This document shows, in pieces, positions 7,164-15,741 of a DNA stretch of 28,144 nucleotides. Both the position numbers and the translations under genes were made by a program. Each line of letters starts with the position of its first letter. Within the stretch, counting starts at the first letter, position 1. The notes below the pieces were generated by a model that saw only the letters and a program-made list of their open reading frames with translations, was not told where the DNA came from and searched no databases. The stretch is from Acidobacteriota bacterium (GTDB taxonomy: Bacteria; Acidobacteriota; Terriglobia; Acidiferrales; UBA7541). Location of the stretch: the NCBI GenBank assembly GCA_016179005.1, contig JACOSF010000023.1, positions 1-28,144 on the forward strand, written 5' to 3'.

Positions 7164-8061
7164 ACAGGAACGCAGCGGCAACCCCCGTCCGCCCGAAGAG
7201 ATCCTGGCGCCGGTGGAGTTTCCGGAGGCCGGTGCGCTGCACCGCCCGGCGGAGACTCGCGCCATCGTGTCCGCGGCCGTGGAAACCTCCGACGGGATGA
7301 CCTTTGACATGATCCGGGAGCGTTGCCGAGCCACCTCGTGGAGCTTCGACCCGCGCACGGTTCTGTTCGGCACTCCGCGCCCCGGCGAACAGAAGGCGCG
7401 GCTTGGCACCGAAGAGTTCCGGACGCTGCGCTCGCGGCTGTACCAGATCCGGGAACGGCAGCCCTTGAAGACGGTGCTGGTGACCAGCGCCCTGCCGGCC
7501 GAGGGAAAGACTTTTGTCGCCGCCAACCTCGCGCAGGTGATTGTCCGGCAGCACGAGCGTCGCGCCCTGCTGATCGATGCGGACCTGCGGTGGTCCCGCT
7601 TGCACCTGTCGTTGGGCACCTCGCTGAAGCCGGGGCTTACGAATTATCTCACCGGCGACGCAGACGAGTTCTCCATCATCCAGCGCGGGGCCTACGAGAA
7701 TTTGTTCTTCATTCCTGGTGGCAGCCCTTGCTCCAACCCTGCAGAACTGATTGCCAGCGGCAAGCTGGAGTCTCTCCTGCGGCGTGTGGCGCCGCTGTTT
7801 GATTGGGTGATCATCGATTCGCCGCCGGCCGTGCCCGTCTCCGACTCGAGCCTGCTCGCGGACATGTGCGACGGCGTGCTGATGGTGGTGCGCTCAGCAG
7901 TGACCCCGTACGACATGGCGCAGCGCGCCGTCCAGGAATTCCGCGAAAAGCACCTGGTCGGCGTGGTGCTCAACGATGTGGAGCCCGGCTCCGGCTACAG
8001 CTCGTATTACTACCACTACTACCACGGGCGTTCCGGCGTGAACGGCAAAGGCAAGGGATAG
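7129..8061 (+). CDS. Bacterial tyrosine kinase (CpsD/CapB family)
   Basis: EEFRTLRS, Walker A SALPAEGKT, A' LLIDADLR, B VIIDSPP and a C-terminal Tyr cluster YSSYYYHYY. Overlaps the ATPase gene by 35 nt. Confidence 0.93.
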   Translation: MSRIHEALKKAEQERSGNPRPPEEILAPVEFPEAGALHRPAETRAIVSAAVETSDGMTFDMIRERCRATSWSFDPRTVLFGTPRPGEQKARLGTEEFRTLRSRLYQIRERQPLKTVLVTSALPAEGKTFVAANLAQVIVRQHERRALLIDADLRWSRLHLSLGTSLKPGLTNYLTGDADEFSIIQRGAYENLFFIPGGSPCSNPAELIASGKLESLLRRVAPLFDWVIIDSPPAVPVSDSSLLADMCDGVLMVVRSAVTPYDMAQRAVQEFREKHLVGVVLNDVEPGSGYSSYYYHYYHGRSGVNGKGKG

Positions 8062-8067
8062 AGGATC

Positions 8068-9444
8068 GTGGTCCGTCTCTTCAACGTCTACTACCCGGCT
8101 CGAACCCTGGTGCTGATCGCCGGGGAAGCGATAGTGGTGTGTCTCTCCTTCCTCGCGGCGGTGTTCGTGCAGCTTGGGCCGGACTCCTACATCGCTCTGA
8201 ACTACGAGGGCGGCTTCCTCAAGATTTTCAGCGTCAGCGGCCTGGCGATGCTCTGCGCGTACTTCTTCGACCTGTACGACTTTCAGCGGTTGCCCTCGCG
8301 TGGCGAAACCTATTTCCGCGTGCTCATGCAACTGGCCACCATGTCCTTCCTACTGGCGGCGGTGGCTGTGCTCTTCCCGAACTTCATGGTTGGGAAGGGC
8401 GTGTTTCTGATGGGCCTGGTTTTCCTGACGTTTACGATGATCGCCTGGCGGGCGATGTACGGGTGGATGCTGCGGCAGCCGTTCCTGCGGGAGCGCGTCT
8501 ACGTGTTGGGCGGCGGCGAACGCGCCCAGCGGCTGGTACACGCGCTGCGCACGCGCCACGAGTTGGGCATGGACGTGATCGGGTGGGTGGGCGCCATGGG
8601 CAACGGCTCGCTGACGCGCGAAAACCTGTCCCAGGCGTTGCTGCCGCTGCGCGACGCCAAAGCGGTGGACCGCGTTATCGTGGCCCTCTCCGACCGCCGC
8701 GGCACCATGCCGGTGCGCGAGTTGCTCGATCTTCGCTTGAGCAATGTGAAGGTCGAAGAAGCCACCGGCCTGCTGGAGAAAATCGACGGCAAGATCGCCG
8801 TAGAAGAGTTGCACCCGAGCTGGCTGATTTTCTCAGAAGGATTCCGCCTGAACGCCTCCATCATTTTAGGGCGCCGCGTGATGTCGCTGCTGATTTCCGC
8901 AATGCTGCTGGTCCTGGTGCTGCCGCTGCTCCCGCTCATCACGCTGCTGATCAAGCTGACCTCGCCGGGTCCCGTGCTCTATAAGCAGAAGCGCGTAGGG
9001 CGCAACGGCAAGATTTTCTTCTGCTACAAATTCCGCACCATGCGCGCGGACGCCGAGGCGGACACCGGCCCCACCTGGGCGGGAGACGACGACCCCCGCA
9101 TCACCAGAATCGGCCGCATCCTGCGCAGCGCGCGTTTGGACGAGATCCCGCAGCTCTGGAATGTCTTCAAGGGGGACATGGGTTTCGTCGGCCCGCGTCC
9201 AGAGCGCCCCGAATTTGTCGAATGGCTCAGCCGCGAGATTCCCTACTACCACTTGCGGCACTTGGTCCGCCCTGGCATCACCGGGTGGGCCCAGATCAGC
9301 TACCAGTACGGCGCATCGCTCGAGGAGTCCAAAGAAAAACTGCAGTACGACCTGTATTACATGAAGAACATCTCGATGGCGTTTGACCTCTACATCATTT
9401 TCCTGACCATCAAGATTGTGCTCTTCGGCCGGGGGGCGAAGTGA
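8068..9444 (+). CDS. Priming undecaprenyl-phosphate glycosyl(phospho)transferase (exosortase-system sugar transferase type)
   Basis: N-terminal TMs, a Rossmann-like middle region, and a C-terminal Bac_transf domain (KFRTM, DDPRITRIG, LDEIPQLWNV, GPRPERP, RPGITGWAQI). GTG start. Confidence 0.93.
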   Translation: MVRLFNVYYPARTLVLIAGEAIVVCLSFLAAVFVQLGPDSYIALNYEGGFLKIFSVSGLAMLCAYFFDLYDFQRLPSRGETYFRVLMQLATMSFLLAAVAVLFPNFMVGKGVFLMGLVFLTFTMIAWRAMYGWMLRQPFLRERVYVLGGGERAQRLVHALRTRHELGMDVIGWVGAMGNGSLTRENLSQALLPLRDAKAVDRVIVALSDRRGTMPVRELLDLRLSNVKVEEATGLLEKIDGKIAVEELHPSWLIFSEGFRLNASIILGRRVMSLLISAMLLVLVLPLLPLITLLIKLTSPGPVLYKQKRVGRNGKIFFCYKFRTMRADAEADTGPTWAGDDDPRITRIGRILRSARLDEIPQLWNVFKGDMGFVGPRPERPEFVEWLSREIPYYHLRHLVRPGITGWAQISYQYGASLEESKEKLQYDLYYMKNISMAFDLYIIFLTIKIVLFGRGAK

Positions 9445-10559
9445 AGTGGGTGTTCTGGCTCTCGGTGCTGTTGATCGGGTACAGCTACGCGGGTTTTCCG
9501 TTGTGGCTCTACCTGCGCAGCCACTGGCGGGCCTTCCCAGTCCTCCGCGAGCCGATTCTCCCGTTTGTTTCGATTGTCATGGCCGTCCGCAATGAGGCGC
9601 AGGCGCTGCCCGGCAAGCTCAAGAACCTAGAGGAGCTGGATTACCCGCGCGACCGCTATGAGATCATCGTCGCGTCCGACGCCTCCACGGATGCGACCAA
9701 TGCACTGCTCGCGGAGCGGGCCGGTGCCCGCTTGCGCCCCGTGTTCTGCGCCGAACATGTGGGCAAGGCATCCGCTTTGAACCAGGGAATTCAGGCGGCC
9801 CGCGGCGAAATCGTGCTGTTCACCGACGCACGGCAGATGCTGGAAAGCGAATCCGCGCGCCGGCTGGTTGGGCGTTTCGCCGACCCCGCGGTTGGCTGCG
9901 TCAGCGGCGAACTGATGTTGGGCGAACCGGTTCCCGCGGAGCGGCACGAGGGAGTCGGCCTGTACTGGAAGATGGAGAAAAAGATCCGGGAGTGGGAAGG
10001 AGCGGCCGGTTCGGTGGTCGGCGCCACGGGGGCGATCTATGCGGTGCGCAAGAAATACCTTGTGCCGCTGCCCGCCGGAACGATCCTCGACGACGTCTAT
10101 CTTCCGCTGCACGTCGTGCGGCAGGGCGGGCGCGTCGTCTTTGAGCCTGGCGCGCGCGCCTGGGACAACTTCACCGACACTCCGGCGCGCGAATTTCGCC
10201 GCAAGGTGCGCACGCTGACCGGCAACTATCAGCTTTTGCAACTCGCTCCCTGGCTGCTCACGCGGGAGAACCCGGTGCGGTTCGAGTTCATCAGCCACAA
10301 ATTGCTGCGCCTGTGCGTGCCGTTCGCGCTGGTGGGCGCGCTCGGCAGCTCCCTGCTGCTGGCGCATCCGTTTTACAAAGCGGTGGCCGTGGCCCAACTG
10401 GCGCTCTACTCCCTGGCGCTGCTGGCGCTGGTGCGGCCCGCGCCGGGGCTCGCTGGCCGACTGGGCAATGTGGTCTTCAGCTTCTTGATGTTGAACACCG
10501 CGGCAGTCGTTGCGCTGGTCAATTTTGTAACGGGAAAGAAGGAGGTCTGGGTGCGGTGA
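9441..10559 (+). CDS. Glycosyltransferase family 2 (CESA/IcaA-like, membrane anchored)
   Basis: VSIVMAVRNE, DASTD, GKASALN, LFTDA, GATGAIYAVR, LDD, EFRRKVRT. GTGA overlap with the upstream gene. Confidence 0.9.
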   Translation: MKWVFWLSVLLIGYSYAGFPLWLYLRSHWRAFPVLREPILPFVSIVMAVRNEAQALPGKLKNLEELDYPRDRYEIIVASDASTDATNALLAERAGARLRPVFCAEHVGKASALNQGIQAARGEIVLFTDARQMLESESARRLVGRFADPAVGCVSGELMLGEPVPAERHEGVGLYWKMEKKIREWEGAAGSVVGATGAIYAVRKKYLVPLPAGTILDDVYLPLHVVRQGGRVVFEPGARAWDNFTDTPAREFRRKVRTLTGNYQLLQLAPWLLTRENPVRFEFISHKLLRLCVPFALVGALGSSLLLAHPFYKAVAVAQLALYSLALLALVRPAPGLAGRLGNVVFSFLMLNTAAVVALVNFVTGKKEVWVR

Positions 10560-10564
10560 CGCCT

Positions 10565-10583
10565 AGCGGGCTTCGGCCACGCT
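10565..10583 (+). other. Intergenic RNA hairpin with a cUUCGg tetraloop
   Basis: AGCGGGC-TTCG-GCC(A)CGCT: 7 bp stem with one bulged A and no immediate U-tract. Confidence 0.5.
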
Positions 10584-10674
10584 GAGCGAGCTGCGTTTAC
10601 CCTGAAAACGCGCCTTGGCAACCACCGTCGTAGCGAAAAATGGGACCAAGAAGGACACCGGCCAGGCGGAGGGG

Positions 10675-12036
10675 ATGACCTTCGCCTACTTCGGACTTGT
10701 CGCCTTCCTCTTCGTTTACTGCGCGCGGCCGAGCGATTGGACGGGGCTCCGCCTTTTCCCTTTTGCCAAGATCACCGCAGCACTCGCGATTTTGGGACTG
10801 CTCGCGGCCTTGTTTACGGGAGGCCGTAAGTTCCTGCACTTGCCCAAAGAAGTGATCCTGCTTTTCTTTCTCTTTGCACAACTCTGCCTGTCGGTGCCGT
10901 TTGCCGTCTGGCCGGGAGGAAGCTTCGAAACGGTGTTTGTGGACTTCTCCAAAGTAATCCCAATCGTCATCCTGATTGTGGCCACGGCCACAACAGCGGC
11001 CAGATTGAGGATTCTGTTCACTGTCCAAACCGCCTCCGTCGCCCTCATCGCATTGGTTACACTGCTGGGCAGATCCCAGCAGGTAGGCCTGTCCCAAAGC
11101 TCAGATATTGTCCGATTCGGTGGAGCGATTGGAGGAATCTTCGGGAATCCGAACGATTTCGCCTGGGCGCTGAGTCTGATGTTTCCTTTGGCCTTTGCCT
11201 TGATGCTGCGCAGCCGGAACATATTGACGAAGTCCCTCTGGGTAAGCGCGATGATCATGATGGTTATTGCTGTGATGAAGACTTATTCGCGCGGCGGCGT
11301 AATCTGCCTAATCGTGTCAGGTGGAATGACGATGTGGCTTTTCGGAGTGCGGGCCCGGAGGCCACATCTGGTCATTGCCGCTGCAATCGCCGGTCTGCTG
11401 CTTCTAGCCGTAGCCGCACCACCAGGCTTCTTTGGGCGAGTCGCATCCACGACGGATTGGGCGGAGGACGATACGGGTTCTGCATGGGCCCGAAAGCATC
11501 TCTTCATTTTGAGTTTAAAGACGACGATGCAGCATCCCCTGTTGGGCGTCGGACCGGGGAATTTTACAATTGTTTCCGGCTCGTGGCATGGAACCCACAA
11601 CACGTTTACGCAGTTCAGTTCTGAAGCGGGTATCCCAGCGATGTTGCTGTTTGTTGCCATCCTCTGGTCTTCCATGCGAAACCTGCGCATGGTGCGCAAG
11701 TGGACTTCCGAGAAAGACGACCTGTGGATCCTGTCCGCCGGATTGAGCGCCAGCTTTGCAGGTTTCGTCGTGGGTGGCTTCTTTGGAATGGCGGCGTACC
11801 ATTTCTTCGCCTACTTCATGATCGGCTATTCCTGTGCGCTCTATAGGCTCGCGCAGAACGCGCGGGGTGAATGCGATCCCGATCAACTGGCGTCGAAGAA
11901 ATCAAGCATCGCGCGGAATTCTCTGCGCAGGGAAGAGCCCGGTCCCAACGGGGCGCCCGATTATTCCCGGGTCATGCGGCGGAGCTGGCGCACCACCGTC
12001 GGGCCTCTGCCGGAACGAATGCGCTCTGGAGGCTGA
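10675..12036 (+). CDS. Wzy polymerase / O-antigen ligase family protein
   Basis: About 10-12 TMs, IFGNPNDFA, TYSRGG, HPLLGVGPGNF, THNTFTQFSSEAG. Start uncertain (ATG 10675 or TTG 10615). Confidence 0.85.
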   Translation: MTFAYFGLVAFLFVYCARPSDWTGLRLFPFAKITAALAILGLLAALFTGGRKFLHLPKEVILLFFLFAQLCLSVPFAVWPGGSFETVFVDFSKVIPIVILIVATATTAARLRILFTVQTASVALIALVTLLGRSQQVGLSQSSDIVRFGGAIGGIFGNPNDFAWALSLMFPLAFALMLRSRNILTKSLWVSAMIMMVIAVMKTYSRGGVICLIVSGGMTMWLFGVRARRPHLVIAAAIAGLLLLAVAAPPGFFGRVASTTDWAEDDTGSAWARKHLFILSLKTTMQHPLLGVGPGNFTIVSGSWHGTHNTFTQFSSEAGIPAMLLFVAILWSSMRNLRMVRKWTSEKDDLWILSAGLSASFAGFVVGGFFGMAAYHFFAYFMIGYSCALYRLAQNARGECDPDQLASKKSSIARNSLRREEPGPNGAPDYSRVMRRSWRTTVGPLPERMRSGG

Positions 12037-12125
12037 ACCGTGTGCGGAATCGCAAGCGTCCGCGTGCTTGATTCCATGGGCGGTCCCGTCTGTCCCGACC
12101 TAATCGCAGGAGAGGGAAGTCTCTT

Positions 12126-14474
12126 TTGAGTCCATTGCTTGACCAGAGCGCACGCGACGCGGCAAGTCGTAGCGATCCTCGCAGCGGCCGCGCACGCGTG
12201 TTTTTGATGAGCAACAACTTGGAGACTGGCGGCAGCGAACGGCAGTTCGCGCTGATGGCCCAGGCGCTACGCGACGGCGTCTTCGAAGTCGAGCTGGGCT
12301 GCCTGGGGCGCAGCGGCGCGTTCCTCGAAGGGTTGGGGCAGATCAGTGAATTCGGCGCCGGCGGGAGCTTTCTGAGTGCGAAGGCGCTGAAGTCGCGCAT
12401 CGCGCTGGGGCGACACCTGCGGCGTCAAGGAATTGCCGTGGCCCACTCGTTCGACTTCTATACGAATCTGATGCTGATCCCCACGGCGCGGCTGGCGGGC
12501 GTGCCGGCAGTGATCGGCAGCCAGCGGCAGCTCGGCGATTTGCTCCCGCCAATGAAGCGCGCGGTGCAGGCGCGCATCCTCAGGCTTTGCGACCGCGTGG
12601 TGTGTAATTCGCGCGCGGCAGCGGACCTCTTGCGCGCGCAGGGTGTGGCCGAGCGCAAGCTGGCCGTGATTCCCAATGGGCTGCCGGCGGAAGCGTTTGC
12701 AGAAACGCCACCGGCGCTGCCGCGCCAACCGGGCGTGCTGCGCGTCGGCGTGCTGGCACGCATGAACGAGCCGGTGAAGAACCATCCGGTGTTCCTCCGC
12801 GCCGCGGCGCGGCTGCTGGAAAAATTCCCGGCGCTGGAAATCCTGCTGGTGGGTGACGGAGCGCTGCGTCCCGGCCTGGAAAAGCTGGCTGCCGAACTGG
12901 GTTTTGGAGCGCGCGCGCGGTTCCTCGGCGACCGGCGCGACGTGCCGGCCGTGCTGGCCTCGATGGACATTTCCGTACTTCCCTCGCACTCGGAGAGCCT
13001 CTCCAACGCAATCATGGAATCCATGGCTGCGGGCAAGGCGGTGGTGGCCTGCCGCGTCGGCGGCAATCCGGATCTGGTGCGCGAAGGGGAGACGGGCCTG
13101 CTGGTGCCGCCGAATGACGAACAGAGCCTGGCCGATGCCATTGAGCATTTGCTCTCGCGGCCAGAGTTGATGCGGGAATGGGGCGTGCGCGGAAAAGAAA
13201 TTGCGCTTGCCGGCTTCACAGTGGACCGCGCACGAGAACGCTATGAGCAGCTCTATACCGATGTGCTGGTGGATAAAGGGAAGTTGGCACGCCCGGCGCC
13301 GCGCACAGCGGATTTTTCAGCCGCGCGGCCGCTGCGCGTGGCGATTGTGGGCCCGTCGATGCAAATGATTGGCGGTCAATCGGTGCAGGCAGACCTGCTG
13401 CTGCGGAACTGGCAGAACGACCCCGCCGTGGACGTCCGCTTCATCCCTGTGGACACGCCATTTCCGCGCTGGCTCCAGTGGGCCAGCCGAATTCCGTTCC
13501 TGCGAACGGCAATCCGGACGCCGTTGTATCTGAGGTCGCTCTACCGCGGGCTCGCTGACGCCGATCTTGCGCACATCTATGCGGCGTCTTACTGGTCGTT
13601 CTTGCTCGCGCCGGCGCCGGCGCTGTGGGTGGCGAAACGCTTGGGCAAGCGAGCGCTGATCAATTATCACAGCGGCGAGGCGCGCGACCACCTGGAGAGG
13701 TGGCGCTCGGCGCAGCGCGTGTTGCGGCGGGCCGACGGGCTGGCCGTGCCCTCGCAGTTTCTGGCCGATGTGTTCCAGCAGTTTGGCCTGCAAGCGCGAG
13801 TGGTGCCCAACCTGGTTGACCTGGCGCAGTTTTCCTGGCGGCCGCGGCAGCCGCTGCGCCCGCGGCTGGTCTGCACGCGAGGATTCGAACCGTACTACAG
13901 CGTGGACGTGGTGGTGCGGGCGTTCGCTGAGGTGAAGAAGACGGTTCCCGAGGCTAGCCTGTGCCTAGTGGGTGGCGGGTCGCACGAACAGAAGATTCGC
14001 GTCCTGGTGCAGGAACTCGGACTGGCGGACGTCGAGTTTACCGGCCCGGTCTCGCGGGAAAGTATCGGCCGCTACTACAATTCCGCGGACATTTTTATCA
14101 ACGCGTCCTGGCTGGACAACATGCCTGGGTCGATTCTGGAGGCCTTCACCTCGGGTACGGTGGTGGTCAGCACGGCGCCGGAGGGGATCCGCTACCTGGT
14201 TACGCATGAGAAGACCGGGCTGTTGAGCGATCCGGGCGACGTGCACGCGCTGGCGGCCAACGTGCTCCGCGTGTTGCGCGAGCCGGAACTCGCCGCGCGC
14301 ATCGCGCGCAATGCCTGTGAGGAATCGAAGCGCTACCACTGGGATTCCGTGCGCTCCGAGTGGCTGGCGGTTTACCGCTCCGCGCTGGGTCTCCCGCCGC
14401 TCGCCGCCGGTGAGCCTGCGCTCGGGGCCGAGCCGCAAGAATCCGAAAGGAACCTGCTCCAGTGCCGCCCGTGA
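12126..14474 (+). CDS. Tandem GT4-GT4 glycosyltransferase fusion (782 aa)
   Basis: Two complete GT-B units: GGSERQ...ESLSNAIME (E-x7-E) and GGQSVQ...DNMPGSILE (D-x7-E). The TTG start follows AGGAGAGGG; the next ATG would cut the first beta strand. Confidence 0.88.
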   Translation: MSPLLDQSARDAASRSDPRSGRARVFLMSNNLETGGSERQFALMAQALRDGVFEVELGCLGRSGAFLEGLGQISEFGAGGSFLSAKALKSRIALGRHLRRQGIAVAHSFDFYTNLMLIPTARLAGVPAVIGSQRQLGDLLPPMKRAVQARILRLCDRVVCNSRAAADLLRAQGVAERKLAVIPNGLPAEAFAETPPALPRQPGVLRVGVLARMNEPVKNHPVFLRAAARLLEKFPALEILLVGDGALRPGLEKLAAELGFGARARFLGDRRDVPAVLASMDISVLPSHSESLSNAIMESMAAGKAVVACRVGGNPDLVREGETGLLVPPNDEQSLADAIEHLLSRPELMREWGVRGKEIALAGFTVDRARERYEQLYTDVLVDKGKLARPAPRTADFSAARPLRVAIVGPSMQMIGGQSVQADLLLRNWQNDPAVDVRFIPVDTPFPRWLQWASRIPFLRTAIRTPLYLRSLYRGLADADLAHIYAASYWSFLLAPAPALWVAKRLGKRALINYHSGEARDHLERWRSAQRVLRRADGLAVPSQFLADVFQQFGLQARVVPNLVDLAQFSWRPRQPLRPRLVCTRGFEPYYSVDVVVRAFAEVKKTVPEASLCLVGGGSHEQKIRVLVQELGLADVEFTGPVSRESIGRYYNSADIFINASWLDNMPGSILEAFTSGTVVVSTAPEGIRYLVTHEKTGLLSDPGDVHALAANVLRVLREPELAARIARNACEESKRYHWDSVRSEWLAVYRSALGLPPLAAGEPALGAEPQESERNLLQCRP

Positions 14475-15631
14475 ACGACATCATCTGCTTCGCCAACGAT
14501 TGGTCCGGCGACCCGCTGAGCAAGAAGCACATCATGCTGCGGCTGGCGCGGCGCCACCGCGTGTTGTGGGTGAACTCCATCAATAACCGGCGGCCCCGTC
14601 TGGCGCAGAAAGACTTTCGCCGGATTGTGGAAAAGTTAAAGGCGTTTCGCAGCGGGCTGAAACAGGTCGAAGAAAGAATCTGGGTGCTCTCCCCGGTCTT
14701 CGTGCCCTTTCACGGCAACCGCACGGTGCGCTCGTTCAACCGCTGGCTGCTGGGCTTTCAAATCCGCCGCGCGCTGCGCAGCCTGGGCCTGACCGATCCG
14801 ATTACGTACACGTTTGTCCCCACGTCGGCCGACGTGGTGGGCACGCTCGGCGAGAAATCGGTGGTGTATCACTGCGTGGACGAATATTCCGCGTTCAGCG
14901 ATGCGGCCGGGGAAGTGCGCGCGCGGGAGAATGAACTGCTGCGCAAGTCCGATTTGGTGCTGGTCTCCGCGTCGGACCTGCTGAAGACGAAGCGCGAGCA
15001 CAATCCCAAGACGTTTCTCGTGACGCACGGCGTGGATTATGAGCACTTCCGCCGCGCCACCGACGAGGCCACGCCCGTTGCACCCGAACTGCGCGACCTG
15101 CCGCGGCCCATCCTCGGTTTCCACGGGCTTATCGCCGACTGGGTGAATCTGCCGCTGCTGGGCGAATTGGCGCGGATGCGGCCGCAATGGTCCATTGTGC
15201 TGGTCGGGCGCGCGGACACCGATTTGTCGCCGATTCAGGGCCTGCCCAACGTCCATGTGCTAGGCCACCGACCGTACGCCAGGCTGCCGGAGTATTTGCG
15301 CGGGTTTGACATTGCCTTGCTACCGTTCGTGGTGAACGAGCTGACGCTGTCGGCGAACCCGCTGAAGCTGCGGGAATATCTCGCGGCGGGGTTGCCGGTG
15401 GTGGCGGCGCCGCTGCCGGAAATCGCGCGGTTCGAAGGGCTGGTCACGCTGGCGTCCACGGCCGCGGAGTATATGAGCGCGATCGAATCGCTGCTTGCGC
15501 GGAAGCAAGTTGGGCCGTCGCGCGAGCGGTCCGACCAGGTGGCCGGCGAATCCTGGGACGGAAAAGTCGCGGAGATCGAAAAGTTGCTTGCCTCAGTCTT
15601 ATCCAATCACAGCGGACACCGTCCCCAGTAG
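14462..15631 (+). CDS. GT-B glycosyltransferase (TuaH-like / Glyco_trans_1_4)
   Basis: FANDW..., VVYHCVDEYSAF, HGVDYEHF, NPLKLREYLAAGLPVV. GTG start at 14462 or 14471, overlapping the upstream stop. Confidence 0.88.
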   Translation: MPPVNDIICFANDWSGDPLSKKHIMLRLARRHRVLWVNSINNRRPRLAQKDFRRIVEKLKAFRSGLKQVEERIWVLSPVFVPFHGNRTVRSFNRWLLGFQIRRALRSLGLTDPITYTFVPTSADVVGTLGEKSVVYHCVDEYSAFSDAAGEVRARENELLRKSDLVLVSASDLLKTKREHNPKTFLVTHGVDYEHFRRATDEATPVAPELRDLPRPILGFHGLIADWVNLPLLGELARMRPQWSIVLVGRADTDLSPIQGLPNVHVLGHRPYARLPEYLRGFDIALLPFVVNELTLSANPLKLREYLAAGLPVVAAPLPEIARFEGLVTLASTAAEYMSAIESLLARKQVGPSRERSDQVAGESWDGKVAEIEKLLASVLSNHSGHRPQ

Positions 15632-15741
15632 TACCCAATCCGCCGACGAACTTCGAAATGGTGACTGCAAGCGTGAGATGATTCTGTGCGATACGCCCAA
15701 CCGGATGAGACGGCGCCGGGGTGAGGCCGAGAACAAAGAGA

